Shown here: positions 29,117 through 39,210 of the stretch, in pieces
Layout: each line of letters begins with the position of its first letter
How positions within the stretch are numbered: the first letter of the stretch is position 1
Source: Myxococcota bacterium
GTDB taxonomy: Bacteria; Myxococcota_A; UBA9160; UBA6930
NCBI GenBank assembly: GCA_965223705.1
Contig: OZ245015.1
Span: 1,600,001 to 1,664,000, forward strand
Length of the DNA stretch: 64,000 nt
Direction: 5' to 3'
Program-made: the position numbers and the translations under genes
Notes under the pieces: model-generated
Database searches by the model: none
The model's input: the letters and a program-made list of their open reading frames with translations, nothing else
What the model was told of the DNA's origin: nothing

Positions 29117-30484
29117 ATGGACGCCAAGCGCTTTGTGGTAATGGGGGCCGGGGAGGTCGGCCAGTATCTGGCGCGCGATCTCTCGGCCGATGGCCACGAA
29201 GTCACTCTCATCGACAGCGACGTAGCGACGCTCCGATCCGTGGAAGATCGGCTCGACGTCAACCTCGTACCGGGAAACGGCAGTCACGTGCCGACGCTCG
29301 AGGCCGCGGGAGTCGCGGGTTGTGACTTGTTCGTCGCTTCGAGTTCATCCGACGAGGCGAACCTCGCAGCTTCGCTGCTCGCGAAATCACTCGGGGCGGC
29401 GCGCACGGTGGTACGACTCAACACGTCCGAGGACGTCACGCATTTTGGTCAAGTCTACGAGAAAGCCTTCGCCGCCGATCTGCTGCTCTCGACCCAGCTC
29501 CTGACAACGACCCGCGTTCTCAACCAGGTACTCGGCTACAACACCCTCGAAGTCGAATACTTGGCGCGCGGCGAGTTGCAGGTGCGGCGCACCGCCGTCG
29601 AAGAGGGCTCGGTTCTCGCCGACCGAAAGCTTCGCGACACGAATCTGCCGAAGGGCTGTCTCGTGCTTGCCTTTGTTTCCGGAGACCGCGTGGTCGTCCC
29701 CTCCGGAACCGACCGCGCCCAGGTCGGGGACGACGCGTTGGCGATCGGCATGCCGGACGCGATCGCCGAGTTCGAACGCCGGGTGAGCCGTCACTCTCGG
29801 CGGTTGGGTTACGTCGTCGTCGCCGGAGGCGGCACCACCGCCCAGGCCGTCGTCGAGGGCATCGCGGGGCAGGCGCAGCGCATCAAAATCATCGAGTCGA
29901 ATCGCAGTCACGCCGAAGAGCTGGCGGTTCGTTTTCCGAAGCACGAAATCGTCCACGGCGACGCGACGGACCTGTCGCTTCTCAAATCGGAAGGCGTGGA
30001 GGGCGCGTCGACGTTTATCGCTCTCACCGGCCACGACGAAGCGAACCTGATGGCCTGCTTACTGGCACAAGAGCTCGGCGTCGCGAAGCGCGTGGCGCTC
30101 GTTCAGAAGAGTGAGACTTCGAACTTGTGGCACAAAGTGGCGCTTCTCGACGTAGTGTCACCCCGCGCCATCGCCGCCGAACGCATCCACAGCTACATCG
30201 ACAGCGACTACGAACCGCACATCATCTCGTTTCAGAACGGCGCGGCGGAGTTCGTGCAGCGCACGGTCTACCCCGAAAGCGCGGCGGCTCAGGGTTCCCT
30301 CGACGACGTCGAAATACCCCAGGGTTTGATCGTCGCCGCGATCATTCGCGACGGGCGCGCGCTGATCCCCGGCGGCGGTGATCGATTGAACGTCGGCGAC
30401 GAAGTCATTCTGTTCGTGCGACGCGAAGAACTCGACCTCGTGAACCTGATCTTTCCCGGACGGAGCGGCGAGGAGCGAGGGTGA
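29117..30484 (+). CDS. trkA: Trk potassium uptake regulatory subunit TrkA
   Basis: 455 aa with two RCK_N/RCK_C pairs (VMGAGEVG and VAGGG). Coupled to trkH. Confidence 0.92.
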   Translation: MDAKRFVVMGAGEVGQYLARDLSADGHEVTLIDSDVATLRSVEDRLDVNLVPGNGSHVPTLEAAGVAGCDLFVASSSSDEANLAASLLAKSLGAARTVVRLNTSEDVTHFGQVYEKAFAADLLLSTQLLTTTRVLNQVLGYNTLEVEYLARGELQVRRTAVEEGSVLADRKLRDTNLPKGCLVLAFVSGDRVVVPSGTDRAQVGDDALAIGMPDAIAEFERRVSRHSRRLGYVVVAGGGTTAQAVVEGIAGQAQRIKIIESNRSHAEELAVRFPKHEIVHGDATDLSLLKSEGVEGASTFIALTGHDEANLMACLLAQELGVAKRVALVQKSETSNLWHKVALLDVVSPRAIAAERIHSYIDSDYEPHIISFQNGAAEFVQRTVYPESAAAQGSLDDVEIPQGLIVAAIIRDGRALIPGGGDRLNVGDEVILFVRREELDLVNLIFPGRSGEERG

Positions 30485-31932
30485 ACCACCGCCGTGTGGT
30501 TTCGCTGCTAGGGCTCGTGCTGTTCGCCCTGGCCGGCGCACAACTGGTACCCCTCCTTTGGTGCATCGCACCGGCGGACCCCGACGCTGCGCGGGGGTTT
30601 GCCCTCTCGGCTCTCGCAACCGCTGCCCTCGGCTCCGCCTTCCGCTACTTCGGGAACCAAGAAGGGGAGCTATACCGCCGCGAGGGTGTTCTTCTCGTCG
30701 CGAGTTCTTGGCTACTGGCTTCACTGACCGGCGCGCTGCCCTACCTCATCGGCGGGGCGATCGACGGCACAGCCGACGCACTCTTCGAGGCGACGTCCGG
30801 TTTCACGACGACCGGGGCGTCAATCTTGGCCGACATCGAGGCGCTGTCTCCGTCGATGCTCTTTTGGCGAAGCATGACCCAGTGGCTCGGCGGGATCGGG
30901 ATCGTCGTCCTGTTCGTCGCGCTGTTGGCGGAGATCGGAGCCGGTGCGCGTTTCCTGTTCGCATTGGAAGTGCCGGGTCCGCAGACCGAGATTATGCAGC
31001 CTCGCGTCAAGCAAACGGCCCTGGCGCTGTTTCGGATCTACCTGGGCTTGAGCGCGGCGCAGGTCCTCGCGATGCTGGCCTGCGGAGCGTCCTTCTACGA
31101 CGCCGTGGTTCACACCTTCTCGACTATCGCGACCGGCGGTTTCTCGCCGTATCAGAATTCCGTGGGACACTTGTCGCCGCTCCTCCAAAGCGTGGTCCTC
31201 GTCTTCATGCTGGTTTCGGGTATGAACTTCGCCATTCACTACGCTCTGGTTCGTCAGCGGAGCTTCCGACCCCTTCGCGACACGGAAATCGGTGTGTACG
31301 GCCTGCTCGTCGTCGTCGGCGTCGTCGCCGTGGCGTGGAACCTTTCGCATTTCGGGCTTGCCGAAGACGAGAGCACGGGGAGCCTGTTGCTCGGCGCATC
31401 CTTCCAGGTGGTGTCGATCCTCACGGGTACGGGCTTCGCCACGCGAGATTTCGGCGCGTGGCCCGCACTCTCGCAACTGCTCCTTGTGGCTTTCATGTTC
31501 GTCGGTGGCTGCGCGGGCTCGACCACCGGCGGAGTGAAAATCATCCGTGTCCTGGTGGGGGTCCGTGCGGCCCTCCGTGAGGTCCGCCTGGTCTTTAGCC
31601 CGAACTCCGTCATCGCGGTTACGGTCGGCGCCCGTCGCATTCCGGAGGGATCGGTGAGTGGTGCAGTCGCACTGCTGGTGTTGTGGGTGCTCGGTTGGGG
31701 TGTGGGAGCCGTTCTTCTGGCGATCGGAGACGTGTCCCTGGCGACGGCGGCCACGGCGTCGCTCGCGACGTTGTCGAATGTCGGGCCGGGCCTCGGTGGA
31801 GTCGGGCCGATGTACCACTACACGTATTTTGCCGACTGGCAAAAGCTCGTGATGGCATTCCTGATGTTGCTCGGTCGCCTTGAGTTCTTCGCGCTGATCG
31901 CGCTCTCCCTCGCGCCGTTCTGGCGGCGCTAA
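30481..31932 (+). CDS. trkH: Trk potassium uptake membrane protein TrkH
   Basis: Pore-loop motifs SGFTTTG, STIATGGF, TGTGF, SNVGPG, plus GGCAGSTTGG and LGRLE. Confidence 0.95.
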   Translation: MNHRRVVSLLGLVLFALAGAQLVPLLWCIAPADPDAARGFALSALATAALGSAFRYFGNQEGELYRREGVLLVASSWLLASLTGALPYLIGGAIDGTADALFEATSGFTTTGASILADIEALSPSMLFWRSMTQWLGGIGIVVLFVALLAEIGAGARFLFALEVPGPQTEIMQPRVKQTALALFRIYLGLSAAQVLAMLACGASFYDAVVHTFSTIATGGFSPYQNSVGHLSPLLQSVVLVFMLVSGMNFAIHYALVRQRSFRPLRDTEIGVYGLLVVVGVVAVAWNLSHFGLAEDESTGSLLLGASFQVVSILTGTGFATRDFGAWPALSQLLLVAFMFVGGCAGSTTGGVKIIRVLVGVRAALREVRLVFSPNSVIAVTVGARRIPEGSVSGAVALLVLWVLGWGVGAVLLAIGDVSLATAATASLATLSNVGPGLGGVGPMYHYTYFADWQKLVMAFLMLLGRLEFFALIALSLAPFWRR

Positions 31933-32582
31933 CGACCGACCAACGCCTCGACCTCGGCGACGACTTCCCGCGCGCTCGCGAGAACGCGATGCGCGACCGA
32001 AAAATCTCCATCTCGGGAGAGCGGCCGTGGGATCACGATGCAGCGCATGCCCGCGGCGACCGCTGCGCGGACACCCCGCTCGGTGTCCTCCACCGCTAGG
32101 CAGCGCTCCGGCGGGACGCCGATGCGCTCCGCACCGACGAGGTACGCGTCAGGGTGCGGTTTGTGGCGTTCGTAGTCGCCGTTCGCCACGGTGAATTCGA
32201 AGTAGCGCAGGAGATCCGTCTGTCGGTGGATACGATCGAAGTGATCGCGTTGCGAGCTTGTGACGATGCCCATGGGCAAGCGTCCGTGCAGTTCTGTCAG
32301 TGTTTCCGGCACACCCGACAAGACGTCCACACCGGCGTCGAGCAGCTCGCCGTAGCGAGCGTCGCGTCGCGCCCTCATCGCGAGGACGTCATCGGTGCAG
32401 TACCCGTGGTCCAACGCGAGCTCGAGGACGCTCCGCCCTCGCGTCAGGTTGATGTCGCGGAACTGCGTATCATCGACGCGAATTCCGATCTCCGCCAGGA
32501 TCTCGCGGTTCGCGCGCAGAAAAATGGGCTCGGTGTCGACCAAGACACCGTCGTTGTCCCACAAGATCGCCTCGACCGTCAT
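31929..32582 (-). CDS. HAD-superfamily phosphatase (beta-PGM/CbbY-like)
   Basis: Motifs WDNDGVLVDTE, KPHPDAY, VEDTERG. Confidence 0.92.
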   Translation of the reverse strand: MTVEAILWDNDGVLVDTEPIFLRANREILAEIGIRVDDTQFRDINLTRGRSVLELALDHGYCTDDVLAMRARRDARYGELLDAGVDVLSGVPETLTELHGRLPMGIVTSSQRDHFDRIHRQTDLLRYFEFTVANGDYERHKPHPDAYLVGAERIGVPPERCLAVEDTERGVRAAVAAGMRCIVIPRPLSRDGDFSVAHRVLASAREVVAEVEALVGR

Positions 32583-32623
32583 CGCCGCCGATGTCCTCCT
32601 GCGAGGAGTGTCACATGCTCATA

Positions 32624-35600
32624 TCAGAGGCGCACCCGAAAAAACAGCGAGTAAAGAACGGGAACAACGCCCAGTGTGAGGAGGGTGGCAAACATGAGTC
32701 CGAAGATGATGGCGACCGCCATGGGCTCCCACATCGCGCCCCCGCCCAACCAGAGCGGTACGAGACCGCCGATGGTCGTCACGGTCGTCAGCAGGATGGG
32801 ACGCAAGCGCTGACGTGCCGCCTCGAGGATGGCGGGGTAGGGCGCGAGCCCGTTCTCTTCGATTTCGAGGCGGATCCGGTCGAGTAGCACGATCGCGTTG
32901 TTGATGACGATTCCCGAGAGCGAAATCACACCCAGTAGCGTCATGAAGCCAAAGTAAGAGCGGGCGAAGAGCAGGCCGTAGATCACGCCGATCATGCCGA
33001 GCGGAATCGTCAAGAGGATGATCGCGGGCCGCCGCAGGGAGTTGAACTGCCCGACCAAGAGGAGCGCGATGATCACGCCGGCGATGGGAAGCTTCTCCGC
33101 GATGGAAGCACTGGCTTTTCCGGAGGTCTCCGCTTCGCCGCCGAAGGACCAGAGCGTTCCGGGGCCCCACACCGCTTCCTGTGCTTCCAGCCATGGCTTG
33201 AGTTCCGCATTGACCTGGCTCGCGGTGAATCCCGGCTCGAGGCCGGATTCAACCGTCACGGTGCGAACACGGTTTCGGCGGAGGACCTTTGCCGGTTGCC
33301 ACACGATCTCGATATCGGCGACTTGTTTGAGCGGAACCGAGGCGCCGGTCGAGAGGGTGTACACGTTGATACTCTCGAGACGACCCAGGTCGTCACGTAC
33401 GGAGCCCGCGGAGCGGAGGACAACCGGGACAAGCTCATCGCCGTCGCGGAACTCCGTCGTCGTAAATCCCGACAAGAAGCTCTGCAAGGAAATCGCGATG
33501 TCTTGGCTCGTCACACCGGCCCGCTGCGCCCGGGCTTGGTTGACACGCACGACGAGTTTCTTTGCGCGCGGCCCCCAGTTGTCCGAGATCTGTCGCGCAC
33601 CGGCCGTTGAAGCCAGCCGGTCCTTGGTCGCTTCGACCATCTGGGTGAGTCGTTCGGGATCCCTCGCGCTCAGCCGAACCGCGACGGGCGGCCAGGCTGG
33701 AGGTCCTGATTCGAGCGGGCGCACGGTCGGGTTTACGTCCGGGAAGTTCCGCAAGATGTGCTGCTCGATTTCGGCCGCGAGTGGGTCGACGGCTTCTCGC
33801 GTCGACGCGTTCATGATCAAGATCGCGTACTCGGGACTCGACATCTCGGGGCTGTAGCCGAGCACAAAGCGCGGCGCTCCCTGGCCGATGAAACTCGCCC
33901 AGGTTGTCACCCCCGGTCGATCGTCCGTCGCGAGTACAGAGCCGCGCATCCACGACTCGAGCTCCTCGACCACGGTTTCGGTGCGCTGAATCGGCGAACC
34001 GACCGGAAGCTCCAGCTCGGCGGTGAAGGTCGGGCGGTCGTTCGCGGGGAAGAAGATGTTCGGGAGAAACCGCCCGGCGTAGAGTGCGCTCGCGAAGGTG
34101 AGAGCAACCGCCGTGAGGACCCACGCGCGGTGTTTCAGCGCAAAGCGAAGCAGGCGGTCGTAGAGTTGATAGCCCCGTCCCGAGAAGGGATCCTCCTCGG
34201 CTTGAACCTCGACTCGGAGGTAGCGTACGCAAAGCAGCGGAATCATCGTGAGAGAGAGAATCCACGAGCAGAGAAGGGTGATCGTCACGACCTTGAAGAG
34301 CGCGGCGGTGTACTCGCCGGCATCGGATTCGGCGAGGAAGATCGGGAGAAACGCCGCCGCCGTCGTGAGAGAAGAGGTCAACAGTGGTACACGCAGCTCA
34401 GAGGCCGCCTCGAGTGCTGCCGTCTTCGCGGCGGTGCCGCGTTCCATCCGCACCAGAATCGCTTCGGACATCACGATGGCGTTATCGACCAGCATCCCCA
34501 GCGCGATGATCAGCGACGCGAGCGACATTTGATCGAGGCCGATGCCGAAGAACGACATGACGAGGAGCGCCATGACCATCGCCATCGGGATAAGGCTTGC
34601 GACGACGAGCCCCGTCCGGAAACCCAAGCTCACGAGCATGACGATGGCGACCAAGGCAATCGCCTGCACGAGGTTGCCGACGAACTCCGACACTTTCTTC
34701 TCGACTGCGTCGGCCTGGGCCTGAATCAGGGTGAACTCGAGACCGATCGGGTAGAAGCTCTCGAGGCGTCGAACGGCCCCGCGAACCGCCTCGCCGAGCT
34801 CGATGATGTTCGCGCCGTCGCGCATCGAGATTGCGAGTCCAAGGGATTGCTCGCCGTTGGTACGCATGATGGTTGAGGGCGGATCGATATACCCCTCGCG
34901 CAGTTCGGCGATATCTTGGAGGAAAGAGAGTTCTCCGCTCGGGAGGCGGATGACCGAGTAGCGAATCTCGTCGACACTCTCGAAATTTCCGGTGGGTTCG
35001 AGGGCGATACGCTCGAATTCGGTTCGGACTTCACCGCCCGGAATGATGACGTTCTGCGCTTCTAGCAGGACCTGAAGCTGCGCAGGCGAGAGCCCGAGCT
35101 CCGCGAGTCGCGCGTTGTTGTATTCGAGAAAGATGCGCTTGTCCTGGCGCCCGTAGATCTCGACTTTCGCGACCGAATCGATCAGCAGGAGCTCGTCGCG
35201 CACGAAATCCGCTACATCGTCGAGCTCGGCGTAGCTAAACCCGTCGCCCGTGATTCCAATGACCGTGCCGAAGACGTCGCCGAATTCATCGTTGACGGTC
35301 GGGCCGATCACACCGTCTGGGAGATCGGGCGTCGCCTTCTCGACCTTGCGACGCAACAGGTCCCAGACTTCTTGCAGAGCGTGGCCGGGGACGTCATCGC
35401 GCAGGCTCACGTGGATGATCGACACGCCCGTTTTCGACTGGCTCGATACGAAATCGAGCTCGGGGATTTCCTGGATCGTCTTTTCGAGCTTGTCGGTGAT
35501 GAGGAGTTCGACACGCTCGGGACTCGCGCCGGGGTAGAGCGTCTGCACCACCGCGACGCGGATCGGGAACCCCGGATCTTCGGCGCGCGACATGCCGAGG

Positions 35601-35680
35601 TACGCAGAAATTCCCGCGATGAGGATCGCGACGAGAGCGACCGCGGTGATGCGGTCTTTTTCGAGCGCGAAACGTGTCAT
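32624..35680 (-). CDS. RND efflux transporter permease (AcrB/AcrD/AcrF family)
   Basis: 1018 aa. Motifs YPGASPERVE, GMLVDNAIV, GIVINNAIVLLD, RLRPILLT. Confidence 0.95.
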   Translation of the reverse strand: MTRFALEKDRITAVALVAILIAGISAYLGMSRAEDPGFPIRVAVVQTLYPGASPERVELLITDKLEKTIQEIPELDFVSSQSKTGVSIIHVSLRDDVPGHALQEVWDLLRRKVEKATPDLPDGVIGPTVNDEFGDVFGTVIGITGDGFSYAELDDVADFVRDELLLIDSVAKVEIYGRQDKRIFLEYNNARLAELGLSPAQLQVLLEAQNVIIPGGEVRTEFERIALEPTGNFESVDEIRYSVIRLPSGELSFLQDIAELREGYIDPPSTIMRTNGEQSLGLAISMRDGANIIELGEAVRGAVRRLESFYPIGLEFTLIQAQADAVEKKVSEFVGNLVQAIALVAIVMLVSLGFRTGLVVASLIPMAMVMALLVMSFFGIGLDQMSLASLIIALGMLVDNAIVMSEAILVRMERGTAAKTAALEAASELRVPLLTSSLTTAAAFLPIFLAESDAGEYTAALFKVVTITLLCSWILSLTMIPLLCVRYLRVEVQAEEDPFSGRGYQLYDRLLRFALKHRAWVLTAVALTFASALYAGRFLPNIFFPANDRPTFTAELELPVGSPIQRTETVVEELESWMRGSVLATDDRPGVTTWASFIGQGAPRFVLGYSPEMSSPEYAILIMNASTREAVDPLAAEIEQHILRNFPDVNPTVRPLESGPPAWPPVAVRLSARDPERLTQMVEATKDRLASTAGARQISDNWGPRAKKLVVRVNQARAQRAGVTSQDIAISLQSFLSGFTTTEFRDGDELVPVVLRSAGSVRDDLGRLESINVYTLSTGASVPLKQVADIEIVWQPAKVLRRNRVRTVTVESGLEPGFTASQVNAELKPWLEAQEAVWGPGTLWSFGGEAETSGKASASIAEKLPIAGVIIALLLVGQFNSLRRPAIILLTIPLGMIGVIYGLLFARSYFGFMTLLGVISLSGIVINNAIVLLDRIRLEIEENGLAPYPAILEAARQRLRPILLTTVTTIGGLVPLWLGGGAMWEPMAVAIIFGLMFATLLTLGVVPVLYSLFFRVRL

Positions 35681-36777
35681 GGTTGCGGGGCCGCGACCTC
35701 GGGCGGCTTCACGGCCATGCCGTCCCGCAGGCGTCGGACGCCCGCCGTGACCACGACATCGCCCGTGCTGACCCCGGTGAGGACTTCGATCCCTTCGCTC
35801 GTCAGCTCGCCGACTGTGACCGGTCTGCGCACGACGCGCGCTTCCTCGCCGGCGGTCTCCACGAGGAAGACAAAGCGACCGTCCCGATCTTCTCCCACGG
35901 CGACGGGTGGCAAGACGAAGCGCGCTTCGCCTCCGTTCGCGACAAAAGAGAAGCTCGCTTCGGCGGCCATGCCCGGCCGGACAGCGCCGTTGACTTCGTT
36001 CAGGAGGAGCGTGACGGGGTAGGTGGTGGACGCTCCCGTCGAGGCGACGCCGACCTCGTTGACCGTCGCCCCAAAGGTCTGCCCCTCGAGCGCGTCGAAC
36101 TGAACCGTCACCGCGTCGCCTGTGTGGATTGCGCCGATCAACGCCTCGGGAATCGTGAGCTCTACTTCGATCTGATCGCCGGAAGTCAGAACGGCCACGG
36201 GCGTGCCCGCCGCAACGTTCTCCCCGACCTCGCCGGGGATGCTCGAGATGGCCCCGGCGACGGCGGCCCGAAGCTTCGTGTAGGACAGCTGTGAGCGAGC
36301 GAGGCGGAGCTGCATCGAAGACGACGAGACCTGGGCTCGCCCCGATTCTGCGGCGGCGCGGGCGGAGTCCAGATCCGCACGGGAAGCGTTGTTGTTTTCG
36401 TAGAGTTCCCGCACGCGCTCGTAGTTCGCGCGCCCGTTGCGATCCTGTGCTCGCGACGACGCAAGCTGGGCTTCCGCTTGCTGGACCTGCAGCGAGAAAT
36501 CGCTCGCGTCGAGCTCCGCGATGAGCTGTGAGGGCTCGACCGTTTGCCCGACGCGTACGTGAATCTGTTCGATCCGGCCGGCGACGCGAAAAGAAAGCTC
36601 CGACTCGACACCGGCCCGGGCGACCCCCGAGAAGGTACGGGTCCGTGTCCCATCCTCTTCACTCACCACAATGGTGCGGACGGGGCGCAGAGGAGCCGGC
36701 GGTTCGGGCGGGTTGCCTCCGCAGGCGACGAGGGCCAGCGTGGCGATCACAATGGAACGGTCCAAGCGCGCGGTCAT
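35677..36777 (-). CDS. RND efflux periplasmic adaptor (MFP), lipoprotein
   Basis: Start moved to ATG 36777 (ATGA overlap with the TolC gene). Lipobox LVAC, LSFRVAGRI, YTKLRA. Confidence 0.92.
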   Translation of the reverse strand: MTARLDRSIVIATLALVACGGNPPEPPAPLRPVRTIVVSEEDGTRTRTFSGVARAGVESELSFRVAGRIEQIHVRVGQTVEPSQLIAELDASDFSLQVQQAEAQLASSRAQDRNGRANYERVRELYENNNASRADLDSARAAAESGRAQVSSSSMQLRLARSQLSYTKLRAAVAGAISSIPGEVGENVAAGTPVAVLTSGDQIEVELTIPEALIGAIHTGDAVTVQFDALEGQTFGATVNEVGVASTGASTTYPVTLLLNEVNGAVRPGMAAEASFSFVANGGEARFVLPPVAVGEDRDGRFVFLVETAGEEARVVRRPVTVGELTSEGIEVLTGVSTGDVVVTAGVRRLRDGMAVKPPEVAAPQP

Positions 36778-39155
36778 GGATGGATCCCTCGGCTGCGGAA
36801 GTAGTCCTGATACTCGCGCAAGAGTTCGCTGCGCTCTTCGTCCGTCATGAAGAGGTCGAACCGTCCGATGGCCCGCTGCGCCTGCATCAGCTCGATCAAG
36901 AAATCGTACTCGGCATTGGCCGCGACTTGGTTCGCCACGAGCGCGGCGTTCTGGGCATCGAGTAGATCGAGGATCTCCGCCGCGCCCCGCGCGTACGCGT
37001 CGCCCACGAGATCGAAATTGGCCTGCGCCGCCTCTGCGGCATCCCGAGCCAGCGCGATTTGAGCGAACGCGCCGCCCGTCGCCAGCAGTGCGGACCGCGT
37101 GCGCTGCTCGATCCGATCCCGCGTCGCCGCCCGCTGCGTCTTGAGTTGTCGTAGCTCGAGATCGCTCCGCCGCAATTCCGCGAAGCGGCGGCCCCCTGCG
37201 AAGAGGGGATAGCTCGCAGTCAGCGCGATCGACCAATCGGAATCATTGCTGTCGGGCGTCAGCGACGCGATCGGCTCGGGAAGGTCTCCCCGCGCTCCAC
37301 CGCGGCCGAGTTCATCGGCGACGCTGGCTTGAAGCCCCACGCTCGGGAGGAGGAAGTCTCGACGGCGGTTCTTGACCACGCGCTCTTGGGCGCTGACCCC
37401 AGCATCGAGCTGGGCGAGCTCGGGCGACTGGCGCAAGCTCAAGCGGGCCAGGAAGTCGCGAAACACGCGATACTTCTCCGGATTGTCGATCGTCGTCGAG
37501 AGCACTGGATCGGTGAACACGAGTCCGAGCGCGTCGACGTCGACGTCGCTTGCCTCGTAGTCCTGCTCGAGCTCGCGACGGAGCAGACGGTTGAGCGCGA
37601 TCTTGGCCTGGGCGGTCGCGACCACCGCATCGATCACCGCCTGGCGATCCGTCGCGATCTGACTCTCCCAGCGGTAGATCTCACTCGCCGCCGCGGTACC
37701 GATACGCCCGCGTACCCGAGCGAGCTCGAGGTTCTGCCGGGTGAGGCGCACGTTCTCGCGCTGAATCCGCTCGAGCGCCCGGGCGCGAAGGACGTCGAGA
37801 AAACCCACAGCGCCGTCGCGCGTGATATTGAGCTCGAGTTCGCGTCGCGCAGCGCGCCGGGCCACCTGTCGCTCTTTCTCGACGTCGAAGCCGGCCCAGG
37901 CGTCGTCGTCGTACAGCAGCTGACGCAGGACGAGCGAACCCGTCGCGGAACGCTCGGAAGCCGTACCGCCGCTGGCCAAGGCTCGGTCCGCGTCGATTTG
38001 CACGGCTTCCGCGCGCACCTCGAGCTCCGGGAGGAGCGCCGACCGTGCTTCCCGCACCCGCTGAAGCCCCGCGCGCACCTCCTCGTGACGCGCGGCCAGG
38101 TCGAGATTGCGGGCCACCGCTTCGCGCATCGATTCTTCGAGGCTGAGGGTCGCCTCTACGGGATCGTCTTCGTATAGGACCTCGGCTTCTGTCAGCGTGT
38201 CCCACCGGGGCGAGAAGCCAATCGCTCGGGCGGTGCGCGCATTGAGCGTAAGTCGCTCACCACGGGGAAATTCGACCGGGAACGTACCCGGATCCTCCCC
38301 GAGGAGAGCGCGCTGCACATTCAAGGCGACGCGACGTGCGAAACGCTGCGGCCGATTGGCGGGTGCGATGCCGAGGAGAATCCCGGCCTCGACTTCCTCT
38401 CGAGATCCGAACGCGAAGCTCGGAAGCTTGCGTTCGATAAGGCCATCGATCAGGCGCTGCTCTTCTTGTCGCGTGAGGTGAACCATCGGCGAGATCACGA
38501 CCCCGTCGACCTCGGGCGGGAGCGCCTCGAGAGACGCCACAGGATCATCGAGACCGACCGGAATCGTCGTCAGCTCGAGGCCGAGCGACCGCGCTCGCTC
38601 CTTCGCCGCCGGTGCGAGCCACGGCAGATCGTCGACCAGCGGAGCTGCGGTGAGAAGACCAATGTTCGTCACCGGCGCATTCAGCGAAAACTCGTCCAGC
38701 GCGTTGCGAAGCAGACCGCGGCTGCCGAGGTAGTTGAGGTTCCGAACCCCCGACGTCCCGTCATCGCGGACCGGGAATCGCTGAAGCTCGGGGTCGATCA
38801 AAAACGGAACGAAGAGCGGTTTGCTCGGACGGAGGTCGAGGGCCGCCTGAGCCCCGATGACTCCGAGCACGATGACGACGTCGATTTCGGCGTCCGAGAG
38901 CACGGCCTCGATCTCGCGTCGGATTCCCCCGAGCGTCCAATCGGCTTCCACCAAGCCGCCTGCCGTAAAGGCCACGTCGAACTCACCGGCCAGCAGCGCC
39001 TCGATTTCGCCGCGAAGCAGCGGGGCGTATTCGCGGAAGAACCCCGGTCCGTCCGCTACCAATGCAATGCGCGCGGGCCGCGCGGAAATAGCCGGAACGG
39101 GCGACGCCAGGGCAAGCAGGAGGATCGAAGCGGCCAGGCGAGCGAAGTGGGGCAC
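36774..39155 (-). CDS. TolC-family outer-membrane channel with an N-terminal ABC substrate-binding-like domain
   Basis: Signal peptide from GTG 39155. The C-terminal ~450 aa has two OEP repeats (ARSALLPEL, LLPSVGL, YARGAAEILDLLDAQ). The N-terminal ~330 aa resembles a periplasmic binding protein. Confidence 0.85.
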   Translation of the reverse strand: MPHFARLAASILLLALASPVPAISARPARIALVADGPGFFREYAPLLRGEIEALLAGEFDVAFTAGGLVEADWTLGGIRREIEAVLSDAEIDVVIVLGVIGAQAALDLRPSKPLFVPFLIDPELQRFPVRDDGTSGVRNLNYLGSRGLLRNALDEFSLNAPVTNIGLLTAAPLVDDLPWLAPAAKERARSLGLELTTIPVGLDDPVASLEALPPEVDGVVISPMVHLTRQEEQRLIDGLIERKLPSFAFGSREEVEAGILLGIAPANRPQRFARRVALNVQRALLGEDPGTFPVEFPRGERLTLNARTARAIGFSPRWDTLTEAEVLYEDDPVEATLSLEESMREAVARNLDLAARHEEVRAGLQRVREARSALLPELEVRAEAVQIDADRALASGGTASERSATGSLVLRQLLYDDDAWAGFDVEKERQVARRAARRELELNITRDGAVGFLDVLRARALERIQRENVRLTRQNLELARVRGRIGTAAASEIYRWESQIATDRQAVIDAVVATAQAKIALNRLLRRELEQDYEASDVDVDALGLVFTDPVLSTTIDNPEKYRVFRDFLARLSLRQSPELAQLDAGVSAQERVVKNRRRDFLLPSVGLQASVADELGRGGARGDLPEPIASLTPDSNDSDWSIALTASYPLFAGGRRFAELRRSDLELRQLKTQRAATRDRIEQRTRSALLATGGAFAQIALARDAAEAAQANFDLVGDAYARGAAEILDLLDAQNAALVANQVAANAEYDFLIELMQAQRAIGRFDLFMTDEERSELLREYQDYFRSRGIHP

Positions 39156-39210
39156 GGCGAGAGCGTATGGAAGCCTGGGCCGGTGGGGCAAGCGGGTGCT
39201 GGGCGCGCGA

